A DNA stretch of 32,000 nt from NCBI RefSeq assembly GCF_000011805.1, contig NC_006840.2; one strand, 5' to 3'. Position 1 is the first letter of the stretch. Each line of letters opens with the position of its first letter. Positions 1 to 9,514 of the stretch are shown here, piece after piece. The translations under genes were made by a program, and so were the position numbers. The notes beneath the pieces were generated by a model that was not told the DNA's origin, searched no databases, and was given only the letters and a program-made list of their open reading frames with translations. The DNA is from Aliivibrio fischeri ES114 (lineage in GTDB: Bacteria > Pseudomonadota > Gammaproteobacteria > Enterobacterales > Vibrionaceae).

Positions 1-1
1 T

Positions 2-412
2 GCAAGTCCGCTATACCTGGCAAAGCAAGGGATCCCTTACCATCCTTATGACTTAAAAAAGCATAATTGCTTAACCTATATCAGTAGAGAGCGTAAAGAT
101 GACGTCTGGGGTTTTCATAAAGAGGATGAAAACCTCCAGATAAAAGTGTCTGGTAACTACCGTATTGACTCAGCTGATGCCATTCGTAATGCCACCATAG
201 CAGGTAATGGTATTGGTTATATTGCCACTTATCTTCTTTCTGATGAATTGCAAGCAGGTAAACTTGTTCAACTCTTGCCTGATTGGGAATTAAACCAATC
301 AATGCCCCTATATGCCGTTTATCCAAGACGAAAATTCTTGCCTAAGAAGGTACATGTTTTCATGGAATTTGTTCGTCAGCATATTAATGAAACACAAATT
401 GGTAAAATTTAA
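2..412 (+). CDS. C-terminal part of a LysR-type transcriptional regulator (gene begins before the window)
   Basis: The frame is open from base 2 (ASPLYLAKQGIPYHPYDLKKHNCLTY...), upstream of the first Met in the ORF track. The sequence ...VSGNYRIDSADAIRNATIAGNGIGYIATYLLSDELQAGKLVQLLPDW...PLYAVYPRRKFLPKKVHVFMEFV is the typical end of a LysR substrate-binding domain. Confidence 0.88.
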   Translation, partial: ASPLYLAKQGIPYHPYDLKKHNCLTYISRERKDDVWGFHKEDENLQIKVSGNYRIDSADAIRNATIAGNGIGYIATYLLSDELQAGKLVQLLPDWELNQSMPLYAVYPRRKFLPKKVHVFMEFVRQHINETQIGKI

Positions 413-574
413 TCATTTTACTGATGGGATTATTAATCAAAAATCCACCACAATTGTTTCATATAATAAAAACTAACTTCTAAATATGTGATAAAAGCCT
501 CAATTAAGAGGTTTTTGTCTACTAATCCAACAAATAAGCCTTTTTTTGTTATCACGATGTTTTTAGCTTAACAA

Positions 575-590
575 TTTGATCCTTGTCACA
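575..590. promoter_or_regulatory. Candidate CRP binding site upstream of the nucleoside transporter gene
   Basis: TTTGA-TCCTTG-TCACA fits the TGTGA-N6-TCACA consensus with one mismatch and is located about 60 bp before the start codon. Confidence 0.4.
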
Positions 591-651
591 TTTTTATTTT
601 TGAATAGAATACCTCCGCAATCATTACACTAGATACTTTTGGAGTTTGACC

Positions 652-1872
652 GTGAACTTTTTGGTCAGTATTTTAGGCATTGTTTGCCTATTCGCGATTG
701 CAATTCTTTTCTCAGAAAACCGTCAAGCCATAAAATGGAGAACAGTATTAGGTGCTTTCCTAATTCAACTGTTATTTGCCGGTTTTATCTTATACGTTCC
801 TATTGGTCGAACTATTCTAAATAGTATTTCTATGGCAGTATCAAGCATTATTGATTATGGTCGTGTAGGTACAGAATTCCTTTTTGGTGATCTTGCACAG
901 TACAAACTGGGCTTCATTTTTGCCGTCAACGTTTTACCTACGATTGTATTCTTCTCTGCTCTTATCTCAGTACTCTATTACCTAGGTGTTATGGGTTGGG
1001 TTATTCGCACCATTGGTGGCGGATTACAACGCTTCTTAGGTACAACTCGTACAGAATCTATGTCTGCAACCGCAAATATTTTTGTTGGTTCTGTTGAAGC
1101 ACCACTGGTTGTTCGCCCTTTCCTTGCAAAAATGTCACGCTCTGAACTGTTTGCTGTTATGGTTGGTGGTCTTGCCTCTGTAGCTGGCGGTACAATGGTT
1201 GGTTACGCAGGATTAGGTGTTGAACTTAGATACTTAATTGCCGCAAGTTTCATGTCAGCACCTGCTGGCCTAATGATGGCAAAACTTTTGGTTCCTCAAA
1301 CAGAAGAAATCAATGAAGCAGAACAATACTCAGAAGATGAAGTTGATGATGCTCCAGTAAACATTATTGATGCCGCTTCACAAGGTGCATTAAATGGCTT
1401 ACAAATTGTATTTGCTGTTGGTGCGAGCTTATTAGCTATTATTAGCTTAATTGCACTACTAAATGGTGGCTTACATAAATTAGGATTATTTGTTGGCTTA
1501 GACAATTTAAGCTTAGAGTTAATCTTTGGTTACCTATTTGCACCTGTAGCATGGTTAATCGGTGTTCCATGGTCAGAGGCAACAATTGCAGCAAGTCTAA
1601 TCGGTAAAAAAATTGCGATTAATGAATTCGTAGCTTTTGCTGATCTAATGGCAGTAAAAGATCAATTAAGTGAACATTCTCAAGCTATCGTTACCTTTGC
1701 CTTATGTGGCTTTGCTAACTTAACCTCTATTGCAATGTTAATGGGTGGTTTAGGAGGTGTAGTACCAAGCCGTCGCCCTGATATCGCACGTTTAGGTATG
1801 AAAGCAATCTTTGCAGCAACATTAGCAAACTTAATGAGTGCAACCGTTGCAGGCATCTTCCTGTCTTTCTAA
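652..1872 (+). CDS. nupC: NupC-family concentrative nucleoside transporter
   Basis: About 406 aa membrane protein with ...GFIFAVNVLPTIVFFSALISVLYYLGVMGWVIRTIGG...SMSATANIFVGSVEAPLVVRPFLAKMSRSELFAVMVGGLASVAGGTMVGYAGLG.... A GTG start at 652 with GGAG at 641-644 is better spaced than the TTG at 646 used in the ORF track. Confidence 0.9.
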   Translation: MNFLVSILGIVCLFAIAILFSENRQAIKWRTVLGAFLIQLLFAGFILYVPIGRTILNSISMAVSSIIDYGRVGTEFLFGDLAQYKLGFIFAVNVLPTIVFFSALISVLYYLGVMGWVIRTIGGGLQRFLGTTRTESMSATANIFVGSVEAPLVVRPFLAKMSRSELFAVMVGGLASVAGGTMVGYAGLGVELRYLIAASFMSAPAGLMMAKLLVPQTEEINEAEQYSEDEVDDAPVNIIDAASQGALNGLQIVFAVGASLLAIISLIALLNGGLHKLGLFVGLDNLSLELIFGYLFAPVAWLIGVPWSEATIAASLIGKKIAINEFVAFADLMAVKDQLSEHSQAIVTFALCGFANLTSIAMLMGGLGGVVPSRRPDIARLGMKAIFAATLANLMSATVAGIFLSF

Positions 1873-1890
1873 TAGTAAGTAAGACAATAA

Positions 1891-1925
1891 AAAGCCACTT
1901 GTGAGTAATCATAAGTGGCTTTTTT
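1891..1925. terminator. Bidirectional intrinsic terminator between convergent genes
   Basis: AAAGCCACTT (1891-1900) pairs with AAGTGGCTTT (1913-1922), with A-tracts and T-tracts outside the stem. Confidence 0.85.
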
Positions 1926-1943
1926 CGTTAATGAAGAACGTAA

Positions 1944-2234
1944 TTACAGCTTAGTCATTCGATTTAGAACAAATGAGTCAATAGCTCCATCAACTGTTTT
2001 TACGTACTCAGCAATATGAACAGTGTTTAAATGATCTTGTAAATGCGCTTCGCTTTCCCATTGTTCATGAAATACAAATACATTTGGATTCTCATTATCT
2101 TGGTGAAGATCATACTGAATACACCCTACTTCTTTACGTGTAGGCTCCAGTAACTTAAGCATTGCTTCTTTTACAAATTCAGCATTACCATTTTTTGCTT
2201 CAATTCTTGCAACAATCGTTAATATCTTAGTCAT
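1944..2234 (-). CDS. Antibiotic biosynthesis monooxygenase (ABM/YgiN-like) domain protein
   Basis: 96 aa: MTKILTIVARIEAKNGNAEFVKEAMLKLLEPTRKEVGCIQYDLHQDNENPNVFVFHEQWESEAHLQDHLNTVHI is a typical ABM fold signature. Confidence 0.88.
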   Translation of the reverse strand: MTKILTIVARIEAKNGNAEFVKEAMLKLLEPTRKEVGCIQYDLHQDNENPNVFVFHEQWESEAHLQDHLNTVHIAEYVKTVDGAIDSFVLNRMTKL

Positions 2235-2286
2235 TGTATAAATTCATTCTATTTAAAAAGCTTTGAATAACTATTAAAACACGTCT

Positions 2287-2943
2287 TTATTCAGGAAGTA
2301 CAATCAATCCTAACGGTTCTAACAATTGCTCTTGTTGCCATCCACAAATTTTCACACCAGTTAAGTCAATACGACGAGGATCTAAGCCTTCTAATTCACA
2401 ATGACATAAATCGCTCTCTTGAAACTTAAACTGTTCCCATGCATCTTCGGAGAAAGAGCCTCGACTCAAGTCTGAACCTTTAAAGGACGCCCCTTGTAAA
2501 TTCGCCCCATTCCATTTATTTTCAAACAAATCACACTTTTCAATGCATAAGCGTTCAAGATTCGCATACGATAAATTACAACCCGTAATGTAAGCGGAAC
2601 AAAAGTACATTTGATGATTAATTTGATTTGAAAAACTCGCTTGAGAAAAATTAGCGCCTTTCAAATCACACTCTCTAAACTCAATTCCAAATGCATTTGC
2701 GCCTTTAAAATTTGCCATTGCTATCTTACAACTCTTAAATGACGAATCTCGTAAGTCTGCATACTCAAAGTGGCATCCTTCAATTGCTCCTTGCTCAATG
2801 AAACTGCAATCAACAAACTGAGCATCTCTTAAATTTGCTCGAGAAAAATTACATAGGTAAAACTTACACCCTTCATAATATGCGTTACTCAGATCTTGAT
2901 GTGAGAAATTAACACCATCAAATGTTTCATTATAAATAGCCAT
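2287..2943 (-). CDS. qnr: Qnr-family pentapeptide repeat protein (chromosomal, quinolone-resistance type)
   Basis: 218 aa with tandem A(D/N)LxF repeats and Qnr hallmarks FCSAYITGCNLSYANLE, GIEFRECDLKGANFS, LDPRRIDLTGVKICGWQQEQLLEPLGLIVLPE. Closest in memory to QnrA/QnrC/QnrVS types. Confidence 0.92.
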   Translation of the reverse strand: MAIYNETFDGVNFSHQDLSNAYYEGCKFYLCNFSRANLRDAQFVDCSFIEQGAIEGCHFEYADLRDSSFKSCKIAMANFKGANAFGIEFRECDLKGANFSQASFSNQINHQMYFCSAYITGCNLSYANLERLCIEKCDLFENKWNGANLQGASFKGSDLSRGSFSEDAWEQFKFQESDLCHCELEGLDPRRIDLTGVKICGWQQEQLLEPLGLIVLPE

Positions 2944-3171
2944 AGATACTCCTTAAGGTTATTAAGAAGAAGACTACCAGTAACCATAATAAACTCAATA
3001 AAAATAAAGCCTTTAATATCAACAACTTAAAAGTGCGAGTTTTAGCCTCTAAAACGAACCATATCCAATGCTAATCAACGATTATGTTTATAAACATACG
3101 CCAAGACTAAAAAAATAATTTCACAAGTTAGCGACGCATATAGCGCATTGATACATAGTTTTTTGCTCATA

Positions 3172-3546
3172 CTAAGAACATACAAACATTTTACTCTTTG
3201 CTCTTACAAACGCTGAAACTTGAATACTACGTGGTAAATTAAGCTTCATGATATTCTCACAGCATTTCATTAGAACTTCTGTCGCTTTCTCTTCCCATTC
3301 ATGTTCCGTCTCTAATGAGTGAAGAGATACGCAAGGCTCTGTCTTTGAGTTTGGCTGAAAAGTAGTAAAAGATTTATTAAAAATAACATCTTCACATGCT
3401 CTTGCCTGAGATTCAGAAACAAGTTTTTTTCTTAAAATTGTCTGCGCAGAGTTACTTAATGTAATCGTACAAATAAAGTCACGCTCATTAAAATAGAGAT
3501 CAATCGCTCTATTTAACTGATGTAATGCAATAGTCACACTGTCCAT
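3172..3546 (-). CDS. Small protein of unknown function, possibly a degenerate HEPN-like 'LxxAIxLYxxExD' family member
   Basis: MDSVTIALHQLNRAIDLYFNERDFICTITLSNSAQTILRKKL... resembles the N-terminus of a small-protein family I recall as ALxxAIxLYLxExDYISAITLAGAAEEILG. The start has RBS-like GGAGG upstream (CAAGGAGGTAACTATG). Confidence 0.5.
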   Translation of the reverse strand: MDSVTIALHQLNRAIDLYFNERDFICTITLSNSAQTILRKKLVSESQARACEDVIFNKSFTTFQPNSKTEPCVSLHSLETEHEWEEKATEVLMKCCENIMKLNLPRSIQVSAFVRAKSKMFVCS

Positions 3547-3670
3547 AGTTACCTCCTTGTGGTTATAGATATATTCTAGGAAATTTTTTTAAAACAATGT
3601 GCCGTTGTGATCACTAATAAATGATATTGTTCACAAATTATTCAATTGTGTATTTTGTTGATAATAATAA

Positions 3671-4276
3671 TTATGTTAGATCTGCCCACATTTCATCAAG
3701 TTCATCGTCAGATGGCATGTCTGAATGGGTAATCGTCTTAATCACTCGACAAGGATTACCGACAGCGACACAGTCTGGCGGAATATCTTTTGTCACTACA
3801 CTTCCTGCACCAATCACACTTCGAGCACCGATTGTCACACCATCCAATATAACAGCGTTAGCACCAATCCAAACGTTATCTCCAATCTTAATTGGGTTAG
3901 CAGAAGCAATCGGTAATACTCGCTCCGCTAAATCAAAAGGATGCCCTGCTGTACTGATCACAACATTTGGGCCAACTTGAACATGTGCTCCAATAAAAAC
4001 AGGAGCAAGATCTAAGATCTTAACTCCTGAATTTAAAAATCCACCACACTCAAAATGTATGTTCTTTCCCATATCACAATAAAATGGAGGTACGATAGTC
4101 ACTCCCTTATATTGACCAAGGATAGATTGCAATACATCGGCTCTTAACTGATGTTCTGATGGTCGGGAGTGGTTAAAGTCATACAGTTGCTCTTTTACTT
4201 CATCCTGAAATGCGCACAGTTCTTTATTTATGGGAATTTGAACTGAAAAATCCGACAATTTATGACTCATAACCAC
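3671..4276 (-). CDS. Sugar O-acetyltransferase, left-handed beta-helix (maltose/galactoside acetyltransferase-like)
   Basis: [53 protein letters not shown]...[52 protein letters not shown]. Confidence 0.88.
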   Translation of the reverse strand: MVMSHKLSDFSVQIPINKELCAFQDEVKEQLYDFNHSRPSEHQLRADVLQSILGQYKGVTIVPPFYCDMGKNIHFECGGFLNSGVKILDLAPVFIGAHVQVGPNVVISTAGHPFDLAERVLPIASANPIKIGDNVWIGANAVILDGVTIGARSVIGAGSVVTKDIPPDCVAVGNPCRVIKTITHSDMPSDDELDEMWADLT

Positions 4277-4303
4277 TCCTTAGTTAATCTTACTCCCTAC
4301 TTA

Positions 4304-4729
4304 TTAAGCTACTTGTTTTACCTCATTAATAGGGAATGCTTTATCATAAGCTAAATTATAGACATACGCATAAAACAGATAGAAAACCACGAGACCGATA
4401 TCAAGAATAAAAGCTTCCAAGATACTAATATTTAAGAACCACGCCATAGCAGGAGTTGTCAGAATCAATAACCCGCCTTCAAACCCTAAGCTATGAACAA
4501 CACGGTTTAATGTTGATTTTACTGTGCTGCCTGTTTTTCTCAGCATGTACTTATCAAATAAGATGTTATAAACATAATTCCACCCAGTTGCGACAAGTGA
4601 AAATACAACACCCATAATACCAACATGACCCATTTCAAAGCCAAATTGACTTAAAACACCGACAATAAGAATAAGACCAATCAACTCAAACATAATAGCG
4701 TGACGAATTCGGTCAAAACGACTTCTCAT
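4304..4729 (-). CDS. PACE-family (two BTP domain) efflux-type membrane protein
   Basis: MRSRFDRIRHAIMFELIGLILIV...GIMGVVFSLVATGWNYVYNILFDKYMLRKTG..RVVHSLGFEGGLLILTTPAMAWFLNIS...YAYVYNLAYDKAFP. The start was moved to the internal ATG at 4729, which has GGAG upstream. Confidence 0.8.
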   Translation of the reverse strand: MRSRFDRIRHAIMFELIGLILIVGVLSQFGFEMGHVGIMGVVFSLVATGWNYVYNILFDKYMLRKTGSTVKSTLNRVVHSLGFEGGLLILTTPAMAWFLNISILEAFILDIGLVVFYLFYAYVYNLAYDKAFPINEVKQVA

Positions 4730-4820
4730 AATGAAAACTCCAAAGGTTAATGTTGGCGTCATTATATAAAGAAAAATAGAGAGTAAAAGTTAGAACCTAT
4801 CCGCTTTACGTATACTAATT

Positions 4821-5357
4821 TTAAGTATGATTAAAAATATATTCATAAAATACAACCATAGGATGCTTTTCTTCTTTGGTTGTAAATCCAACTTTTTCTA
4901 GTAGCTTAGCAGAGGCAATATTATCTTTATCAACACCACCAACAAGTCTCTCTATAGATGGATGTTCATGCAGGTAATCTAAGAGGCCACCGAGTAATTC
5001 TGAACCATAGCCTTTATGCCAATACTCGTCACCCAATAAGTAACCTAAATGAACTTCCTTATTATCTGAACCTGATAAAAATAAAAAGCCGATAATATCG
5101 TTAGTATTCTTAGCAGATACCATAAATAGCTGACTTTCATTCGACATTTTTTTCAGCCATATCTCAGCCTCTTTTATCGTTTCTATATCATGGAAATAAG
5201 GAGGCAATCCTTGGGTAACTTGAGGTGTTAATAGCGCAACAATCTTATTCAATACGACTTGGCTTGCTTGCTCGGTTACTATCACAGAATCTAGATGTTC
5301 AATCATAAGGCGTGATGTTTTATAACTCAGTTCAGCCAACTGATCTTGATGGTGCAT
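4821..5357 (-). CDS. GNAT family N-acetyltransferase
   Basis: ...DIIGFLFLSGSDNKEVHLGYLLGDEYWHKGYGSELLGGLLDYLHEHPSIERLVGGVDKDNIASAKLLEKVGF. Confidence 0.85.
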   Translation of the reverse strand: MHHQDQLAELSYKTSRLMIEHLDSVIVTEQASQVVLNKIVALLTPQVTQGLPPYFHDIETIKEAEIWLKKMSNESQLFMVSAKNTNDIIGFLFLSGSDNKEVHLGYLLGDEYWHKGYGSELLGGLLDYLHEHPSIERLVGGVDKDNIASAKLLEKVGFTTKEEKHPMVVFYEYIFNHT

Positions 5358-5381
5358 ACCTATAATGATTCCTATTGTTGG

Positions 5382-7307
5382 TTAAATCGAATTGGTCAAT
5401 TCGGAAGGTCTTAAGAAATCACCTTCTAGTTTTAAAATTTCTCGATAATACATTTCAAACATAAAAATATTCTTTACGTATACTCGAGTTTCTTTAAATG
5501 AAATAGATTCTATATAACCAAATATATCAATCTCTTTACTTGCCGCTCTTCGCCATACCATCACCATTGTTGGTCCTGCATTGTAAGCAGAAAATGCGTA
5601 AGCTCTATTGTTCTTATAGCGAGCAAGCAAATGACTTAAGTAACGACTACCTACGGCAACATTTTTATCTAAATCAAACAAGTCACTCGAATGTCGATAA
5701 TTTAAATTATACTTCTGTGCCATAAATGCAGCAGTACTTGGTAACACCTGCATCAATCCACGTGCACCAACAGGTGATTTAGTGGTTAGCTCTAAACCAC
5801 TTTCTTGTCTTGAAAGGGCTAATAATGTCACAGGATCCACATTATATTTAGTGCCATAGCGTGTAAATTCTTTCCAATAGCGAACAGGAAAACGTAGATA
5901 AATATAATCCCATAGTTCTCCTCGAATAGTGGCTTCATGTGTAAACAAATGCCAATGCTTCTTTTTAGCATAACAAGCTAAAACCGCACTCTTGGCTTGA
6001 TTCTCTTTTGCGACTACATGACGCCAATGTTTTCTTGCAGGATACGTTTTACCTAATGCTAGTAATTCCTCTACACGATCAATATCATCTTGATATGGTT
6101 CTAGTTGTTCTTTATTACACTCAACACGAGCAATAGGGAATCGAGGTTCTCTTTTTAGTGCAATAGATGCTGCAATACTATAAAAGTGCCTATTACCAGC
6201 GATACGCTTTAAGCGTGTTTCACCAGATTCGGTATCCCCTAATTTCATCTCACTACGAGCTAACCAATACTGCCATCGATATGATGCTTGTTCTTCACTG
6301 GTAAGCTTATTAATCCAAAATATAATTTCGTTCCATTCCGTTTTTCTAATCGCTAAACGAATTCGTTGCTCTAGAACGACACTATCGTTTGAGCGTTCAA
6401 AAACATCGTCTCTCCATTGGATTATTTCAGGATCTTTTGTATCCAGTAATCTAACGGCCAGAAACTCAAGTGTTGCTTGAAGTTCATTAACTTCAAATGA
6501 AAAATGACTCTGTACAAAGTCCACCTTTTCATAAGCGGAATTTATATTATGTTTTGCCAAATGTTTTAGCGCTGTTTGAGCATAATTACGATTAAATTGC
6601 GTGTCCTCTTTGGTTTCAAAAACCACGGTAAACTTTTCAGGCTGACGATACAATCGAAGCATTTCCGTTAAAGTGTCTTTGCTATCAACCGTAGAGGCTA
6701 ATTTTCGCAAATAGGTAATCAATCTGGGGTTCTTTGCATCAACAGCGTATAACGCACGCTCAAGTATCATGTTATCGGTTCGTTCACCGGCCTTATCCCA
6801 ATATGAAAAAAGGGAATTACAAGCGCTAGAGACACTCTCACCATCTAACCAGAGTAGCTTTGCCCCATCAAAGGCGGTGTCCAATTCATTCTCATGATAA
6901 AAAGCAGTGTAATACCAACATTGGTAATCTTGATCACGAGGTAACTCTGTTTGATAAGCGATTAAATATGGCCAATTTTTGGTAGCAATCAACGCATTAA
7001 GGTAGTCAGCACGAATGGAAACGGAGAATGGATAATCAGCAAACTTTTTTGAAAACTGATTTACTTCCTCTGGTGTTTTATTCTCTAAATCAAAAAGAAA
7101 GGCACGATAATCAGCATACCCAGATAATGGATAATTATCTAAATCTCCACGCTTCTTATGATAAACAGAAATGTCTTTTTTATTAAACCCTTGTTGAATC
7201 GCATCATAAGCGTAACGATCAAGCCATAACTCTGAAATCGCAAAAGCACTGTTTGAAACACACCCGAGTATTAACCCGACAAATCCTTTTTTCATTAGTC
7301 GCATCAA
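5382..7307 (-). CDS. slt: Soluble lytic murein transglycosylase (Slt70-like)
   Basis: 641 aa with a signal peptide and C-terminal LT domain: LSRQESGLELTTKSPVGARGLMQVLPSTAAFMAQKYNLNY...NVAVGSRYLSHLLARYKNNRAYAFSAYNAGP. Confidence 0.9.
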   Translation of the reverse strand: MMRLMKKGFVGLILGCVSNSAFAISELWLDRYAYDAIQQGFNKKDISVYHKKRGDLDNYPLSGYADYRAFLFDLENKTPEEVNQFSKKFADYPFSVSIRADYLNALIATKNWPYLIAYQTELPRDQDYQCWYYTAFYHENELDTAFDGAKLLWLDGESVSSACNSLFSYWDKAGERTDNMILERALYAVDAKNPRLITYLRKLASTVDSKDTLTEMLRLYRQPEKFTVVFETKEDTQFNRNYAQTALKHLAKHNINSAYEKVDFVQSHFSFEVNELQATLEFLAVRLLDTKDPEIIQWRDDVFERSNDSVVLEQRIRLAIRKTEWNEIIFWINKLTSEEQASYRWQYWLARSEMKLGDTESGETRLKRIAGNRHFYSIAASIALKREPRFPIARVECNKEQLEPYQDDIDRVEELLALGKTYPARKHWRHVVAKENQAKSAVLACYAKKKHWHLFTHEATIRGELWDYIYLRFPVRYWKEFTRYGTKYNVDPVTLLALSRQESGLELTTKSPVGARGLMQVLPSTAAFMAQKYNLNYRHSSDLFDLDKNVAVGSRYLSHLLARYKNNRAYAFSAYNAGPTMVMVWRRAASKEIDIFGYIESISFKETRVYVKNIFMFEMYYREILKLEGDFLRPSELTNSI

Positions 7308-7584
7308 TCATCCTTTTTCTGCATTTAATGAGTGTGGTATAGAATGTTTAAAACGTCCATATAACGTAAAAAAATCACACAAATTCGACTATGCATACTT
7401 TGTTTTTTTGATACAAGAATAAAAAGAATCATTTATGAGAAACTAATAGTTAAAAGACTCAATTACATCGCAACATTATGAACGTCGCATTTATTCCTTT
7501 TCATCGCACAAGCTTTTCTTCCTTTTTTGTTTTCTTTCCCTCCTTTACTAGACTGCTATTCTCATTAACTAAAAGGAATTAATT

Positions 7585-8916
7585 ATGTACAAACCAAGAG
7601 GCTCTTTAGTCACCGCTTATCTTACTTTACTCATATCTACATCAGTTGTTGCGAGTAATACACCACTAAAAAAAGATAACGTGCCTCCATCAGAGTTGCC
7701 ACCAATTCAAATTAAGCATACACCCATGTTTATTAGTCTAGGCTTTGATGATAATGTCGAAAAAGATGGCCTAGAATGGGTTATTAAGGAATTGAAAAAG
7801 AACAAAAACCCAGATGGTAATGACCGCTTTGCTAACCTTCCCTTATCTGCTTCATTTTTTATGCATTGTGCTCCAGCACGTGAAAATACAGAAATAAAAA
7901 AGTTATGGCGTCAATTGGTTACGGATAATCATGATATTGGCAATCACACAGAAACACATCCTGACGATAAAGTGAATTATAATCCTTTAACATCATGGAT
8001 GACTCCAGAGCAATGGCACACAGAAGTTGCTGATTGTAATAAACTACTAATGGCAGCATCGGACAATGGTGGTCTAGGTATTGAACATGTTTCAGGTTTT
8101 CGTGCCCCTTACATGACATACAATGACAACACACTCAATGCATTAATTGAAAATAACATTGTTTATGATGTTAGCTTTCCTGCGGGAATTACACCTGAGC
8201 AAAATGGTCAAAACAACTACTGGCCATATACCCTAGATAATGGAAGCCCATCTCATAATGCAGCAGTCAGTGGTTGGTGGAAACCTGTTATAAATAACTA
8301 TCCCGGTTTATGGGAGATCCCCCTTCACACCTTAATTGTTCCGCCTGATGAACTATTAGAACAATATGAATTAAACTATTCTCTTAGAGATAAAATAGCG
8401 AGTCGTATTAGTTATTTCGATCCAATTTCTGGTAAAGGTGACAATTTTGATTGGAATTTATATTCAACACCTAATTGGGGAGCGGCCGGCCTTAATGAAA
8501 ATGATGTTGTTGCCATTTATAAATATAACCTAGATTTAAGAATACAAGGGAATCGAGCCCCACTTGTCCTTGGATTACATTCTGCATTCTATGGTTATAT
8601 TGGTGGTGAAGAACATATTGGAATGCCAGAAAGTAATGTCGATACACGTAGAAATGTTTTAAAACGTTTTATTAAATACGCTTTATCTAAACCTGAAGTA
8701 AGATTTGTAAACCATAAACAAATTATTGACTGGATGCGTACACCTGAACCTCTAACATTATGCCCACAGGAAGAATGGAAACCTCACCAAGTGTATATCA
8801 AAGGCGAAACCGTCAATTTCCAAGGCAAGATGTGGCAAGCGCAATGGTGGACTCAATTACAACAGCCAGGGCTGACTGAAAGCTCTCCATGGAAAAAAGT
8901 CACTTCTTGTACATAA
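7585..8916 (+). CDS. Secreted chitin-oligosaccharide/polysaccharide deacetylase with C-terminal chitin-binding module
   Basis: Signal peptide, NodB-type motifs (SLGFDDN, HDIGNHTETHPD, FRAPYMTYND, LHSAFYG), and a CBM5/12-like tail EEWKPHQVYIKGETVNFQGKMWQAQWWTQLQQPG..SPWKKV. Confidence 0.87.
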   Translation: MYKPRGSLVTAYLTLLISTSVVASNTPLKKDNVPPSELPPIQIKHTPMFISLGFDDNVEKDGLEWVIKELKKNKNPDGNDRFANLPLSASFFMHCAPARENTEIKKLWRQLVTDNHDIGNHTETHPDDKVNYNPLTSWMTPEQWHTEVADCNKLLMAASDNGGLGIEHVSGFRAPYMTYNDNTLNALIENNIVYDVSFPAGITPEQNGQNNYWPYTLDNGSPSHNAAVSGWWKPVINNYPGLWEIPLHTLIVPPDELLEQYELNYSLRDKIASRISYFDPISGKGDNFDWNLYSTPNWGAAGLNENDVVAIYKYNLDLRIQGNRAPLVLGLHSAFYGYIGGEEHIGMPESNVDTRRNVLKRFIKYALSKPEVRFVNHKQIIDWMRTPEPLTLCPQEEWKPHQVYIKGETVNFQGKMWQAQWWTQLQQPGLTESSPWKKVTSCT

Positions 8917-8928
8917 CAAATACCAACG

Positions 8929-8952
8929 CCCCCTTTCTATTAGTAAAGGGGG
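8929..8952. terminator. Intergenic hairpin, probable terminator
   Basis: CCCCCTTT (8929-8936) pairs with AAAGGGGG (8945-8952) immediately after the deacetylase stop. The T-run is short. Confidence 0.55.
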
Positions 8953-8965
8953 TTCATTATCAAGG

Positions 8966-9514
8966 TTACACCCCTAGCGGATTAGGGAATTGCACTACTT
9001 TAATGTCATAAATTTTTGGTTTATACGTTTTACTGCCTTCCATTACATAAACGATTTCTACTTCACATTCCAAAACAGACTTAATGTTGGATAAACAAAT
9101 AAGCTCAGCTTCAGACAAGTGTTTTCCGGCCTTTTGTACTTTCACAAATAGCAAAGAACCATCCGGCTTAAATAAAAACAATTCAGGCTCACCAGCAGTT
9201 AACCCAGTTCTTATCCCTTTTAGTAAAGAAAGCTTCACAGGACAAATATACTGAGAAAGTAACACTCGGCCTGCATCATACAGAGAGTTCGACGTTGCAG
9301 AGTTACCTAAAGCATAAAACGCAGTCCCATACCATCCATTATCTAAATAATGTGTTAACGCATAGCACTCATGAAAATATTTATTAAAGTAGCTTTTACA
9401 GTCAACAAGCTCTGTTAAATCAATAGGTAACCAATCTTTGTTTCCTTTCTGCCACTCTTTTAATACCTGCTCTGGATACGTAATCACTTTTTCTTGTATC
9501 GTATAAATCATCAT
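8966..9514 (-). CDS. Hypothetical protein with a possible divergent VRR-NUC-like C-terminal domain
   Basis: GLTAGEPELFLFKPDGSLLFVKVQKAGKHLSEAELICLSNIKSVLECEVEIVYVME resembles the VRR-NUC core (GxPDLxL... ExxG D.Ls..Q..w) but without a clear catalytic ExK. Confidence 0.5.
   Translation of the reverse strand: MMIYTIQEKVITYPEQVLKEWQKGNKDWLPIDLTELVDCKSYFNKYFHECYALTHYLDNGWYGTAFYALGNSATSNSLYDAGRVLLSQYICPVKLSLLKGIRTGLTAGEPELFLFKPDGSLLFVKVQKAGKHLSEAELICLSNIKSVLECEVEIVYVMEGSKTYKPKIYDIKVVQFPNPLGV

Noticed and set aside
494-516. Weak hairpin CCTC...GAGGTTTTT after the LysR gene
   Set aside because: The stem is only 4 bp, which is insufficient to call a terminator.
3621-3980. 119-aa plus-strand ORF
   Set aside because: Antisense to the hexapeptide acetyltransferase. 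The low-complexity translation ([21 protein letters not shown]) is the mirror of the beta-helix repeats. The same applies to 3725-3916 and 14403-14702.
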